DNA of 64,000 nt, taken from assembly GCA_037927135.1 (NCBI GenBank), contig JAXSPP010000001.1:224001-288000 (forward strand). The letters are read 5' to 3'. Source of the stretch: Candidatus Pampinifervens sinense (GTDB lineage Bacteria; Aquificota; Aquificia; Aquificales; Aquificaceae). Under the pieces are notes generated by a model. The model was not told the DNA's origin. It did no database searches and worked only from the letters and a program-made list of their open reading frames with translations. Every line of letters starts with the position of its first letter. Position 1 is the stretch's first letter. The position numbers and the translations under genes were made by a program. This document shows, in pieces, positions 62,012 to 64,000 of the stretch.

Positions 62012-63022
62012 GTGGCACTTTTGAAAGAGCTTTGGCTTTTTATTGCTTCATTCCTTCTCTCTTTTACAGCCTGCTATCTTTTCATAAGGTTTAACCCCTT
62101 TGGCAGTTGGGCCTATGACCCTACCTCCGGTGGCCCTCAGAAGTTTCACACCAAGCCTGTGCCAAGGGTGGGAGGCCTTGCCATATTTATAACACTTTTG
62201 TTCTTCTCCCTCTTCGAAGGTTCCTATTGGACCCTTGTCCTATGCACTCTTCCTGCCTTTTTGGGTGGCCTTTTGGAGGACCTTACCAAAAGGGTGGGAG
62301 TAAGAGAGCGCTTTTTCCTTACCATGCTTTCCGGCGCCCTTGGCTACTTTCTCCTTGATGCCTACATAAACCGTGTGGACCTTCCCATCTTTGACCACCT
62401 TTTGAGCCTCTCCCTTGCATCCTTTGCCTTTACAGTCTTTGCAGTAGGTGGAGTGGCCAACGCCATAAACATAATAGATGGCTACAACGGCCTTGCCAGC
62501 GGCGTATCCCTCCTTAGCCTCTTGGCCCTTGGCTATGTGTCTTATTTGGTGGGGGACTATCATCTTGCCAAGCTGTGCCTCCTTTTATGCTGTGCCATCT
62601 TAGGCTTTTTCCTTTGGAACTACCCTTCCGGAAGTATCTTTTTAGGCGACGGTGGAGCCTACCTCCTTGGCTTCCTGATAGCGGAAGTGAGCGTGCTTTT
62701 GGTTCAAAGGAACCCAGAGGTCTCCCCATGGTTCCCCTTGCTTGTGGTAGCCTACCCGGTGGTGGAAACACTTTTTTCTATTTATAGGAGAAAAATTCTA
62801 AGAGATATTAGCCCAGGAGAGCCAGATAGACTACATTTACACTCTCTCATATACAAAAGGCTGGTAAAGGTGGAAGACAAGCTTCTAAGAAACTCCATGA
62901 CCTCCCCCTACCTATGGACCCTAAGCCTCCTAAGCATAATTCCCGCCGTGATCTTTTGGAGGAATACTTTAACTTATAGCACTTTTCCTTTGCTTTGTGT
63001 GGGTTTATGTGGTTTTTTATAG
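62012..63022 (+). CDS. MraY/WecA-family undecaprenyl-phosphate glycosyl-1-P transferase (likely frameshifted near the C-terminus)
   Basis: PRVGGLA, NAINIIDGYNGLA, IFLGDGGAY, PDRLHLH. Confidence 0.88.
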   Translation: MALLKELWLFIASFLLSFTACYLFIRFNPFGSWAYDPTSGGPQKFHTKPVPRVGGLAIFITLLFFSLFEGSYWTLVLCTLPAFLGGLLEDLTKRVGVRERFFLTMLSGALGYFLLDAYINRVDLPIFDHLLSLSLASFAFTVFAVGGVANAINIIDGYNGLASGVSLLSLLALGYVSYLVGDYHLAKLCLLLCCAILGFFLWNYPSGSIFLGDGGAYLLGFLIAEVSVLLVQRNPEVSPWFPLLVVAYPVVETLFSIYRRKILRDISPGEPDRLHLHSLIYKRLVKVEDKLLRNSMTSPYLWTLSLLSIIPAVIFWRNTLTYSTFPLLCVGLCGFL

Positions 63023-63065
63023 AAGGTTGGTGAGGTTTGGGAGGGTATGAAGGAGGTAATTTTAT

Positions 63066-64000
63066 ATGAGTGCTGAGTCAAAAGTCTCTAAGAATTATCC
63101 TACAAAATTGATCCTTGCTCGGAACACAATTTTCAATTTTATTGGACAGGCTATTCCTCTTATAGCAGGTATAATAACTTTACCATTTATAATTAAAGGC
63201 TTAGGTACACAACGTTTTGGCCTTCTATCCTTAGCTCTGGTTATTTTAGGGTATTTTGCGGTATTTGATTTAGGACTGGGACGAGCTACAACCAAATTCG
63301 TAGCCGAGTCTGTTGGCAAAGGTGAAAAAGAAAAAATTTCTATAATAGTTTGGACTTCCGTTACTATTCAGTTTATCTTTGGCATGATAGGAACCTTTAT
63401 ATTTTTAGCTATAGTTCCTGTATTAGCTACAAAACTATTGAATATTCCCCCAGAGCTTCAAACAGAAGCAAAATCTACCTTCTATATGCTTGCTTTTACT
63501 TTACCTATTCTTTTAATTTCAAGCTCCTTTAGAGGAGTTTTAGAAGCTTTTCAGAGATTTGATCTTGTAAATATAATAACAATTCCATCCAATAGTATGA
63601 CTTTTATTTTGCCATTAATTGGCATTCACTTAGGATTAAGCCTACCATGGATAGTGGGATTAATTTTAGTTACACGTGTTATGACTTTGTTAACATATTT
63701 GTTTTTCTGTATTCATCTAGTGCCAAGCTTAAAACAATATTCCTATTCCATTGAACTTTTTAAACATCTTTTTTCTTTTGGTTTCTGGATAATGATATCA
63801 AATATAGTCGGTCCAATTTTAGTATACTTAGATAGATTCCTAATAGGTGTTTTTTCCTCTCTTTCTCAAGTTGCATACTATACAGCCCCTTATGAAGCTA
63901 TAACACGTATATGGATAATTCCTTTTAGTCTTGTTTCTACACTCTTTCCCACATTTAGCTCGTTGAGTGCTATAAAAGATATAGAGAAAATAAAATCTCT
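63066..64000 (+). CDS. wzx: Wzx-type polysaccharide flippase (partial, runs off the window; not in ORF track)
   Basis: AGGAGG then ATG 63066: MSAESK...ARNTIFNFIGQAIPLIAG...LG..RFGLLSL...FDLGLGRATTKFVA; later LDRFLIG...VAYY..PY; low GC. Confidence 0.85.
   Translation, partial: MSAESKVSKNYPTKLILARNTIFNFIGQAIPLIAGIITLPFIIKGLGTQRFGLLSLALVILGYFAVFDLGLGRATTKFVAESVGKGEKEKISIIVWTSVTIQFIFGMIGTFIFLAIVPVLATKLLNIPPELQTEAKSTFYMLAFTLPILLISSSFRGVLEAFQRFDLVNIITIPSNSMTFILPLIGIHLGLSLPWIVGLILVTRVMTLLTYLFFCIHLVPSLKQYSYSIELFKHLFSFGFWIMISNIVGPILVYLDRFLIGVFSSLSQVAYYTAPYEAITRIWIIPFSLVSTLFPTFSSLSAIKDIEKIKS

Overview
Very gene-dense bacterial chromosome segment, almost certainly from a thermophilic Aquificaceae member (Hydrogenobacter/Thermocrinis-like). 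This is inferred from reverse-TCA genes (citryl-CoA synthetase small subunit, aconitase, mdh, split fumarase alpha), short RNase HIII, TtuA, AGG/ATA-rich codons and tiny intergenic spaces. Most of the window is housekeeping: obgE, aspC, grpE, panE, lepA, yajC, nnr, dprA, moaC, argF, glyQ, nfi, glnE, gltX, ilvE, lolA, rnhC, mqnE, polX, ttuA, uvrD/pcrA and trmFO, plus tRNA-Ala(CGC), tRNA-Leu(CAG) and SRP RNA. The main accessory element is an 8.7-kb, translationally coupled operon at 15788-24486 between yajC and an M23 peptidase gene. It encodes an SNF2 helicase fused to a DUF3883-type nuclease, a DUF1156 adenine methyltransferase split into two ORFs, and a DUF499 AAA+ ATPase, and looks like a compact restriction-like/BREX-related defence system. 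The methyltransferase split is a 137-bp segment bounded by a degenerate 30-bp direct repeat; removing it restores one in-frame gene. Other observations: a pervasive -10-box-next-to-ATG (leaderless) architecture, a tandem HEPN protein lacking catalytic motifs, a 30-aa membrane ORF missing from the ORF track and coupled to fumA, trmFO overlapping SRP RNA, a degenerate M28 peptidase, a likely frameshift in a wecA-like gene, and a low-GC polysaccharide locus starting at the right edge. No CRISPR array, transposase or integrase was seen. All family calls come from motif recognition by eye, not database searches.
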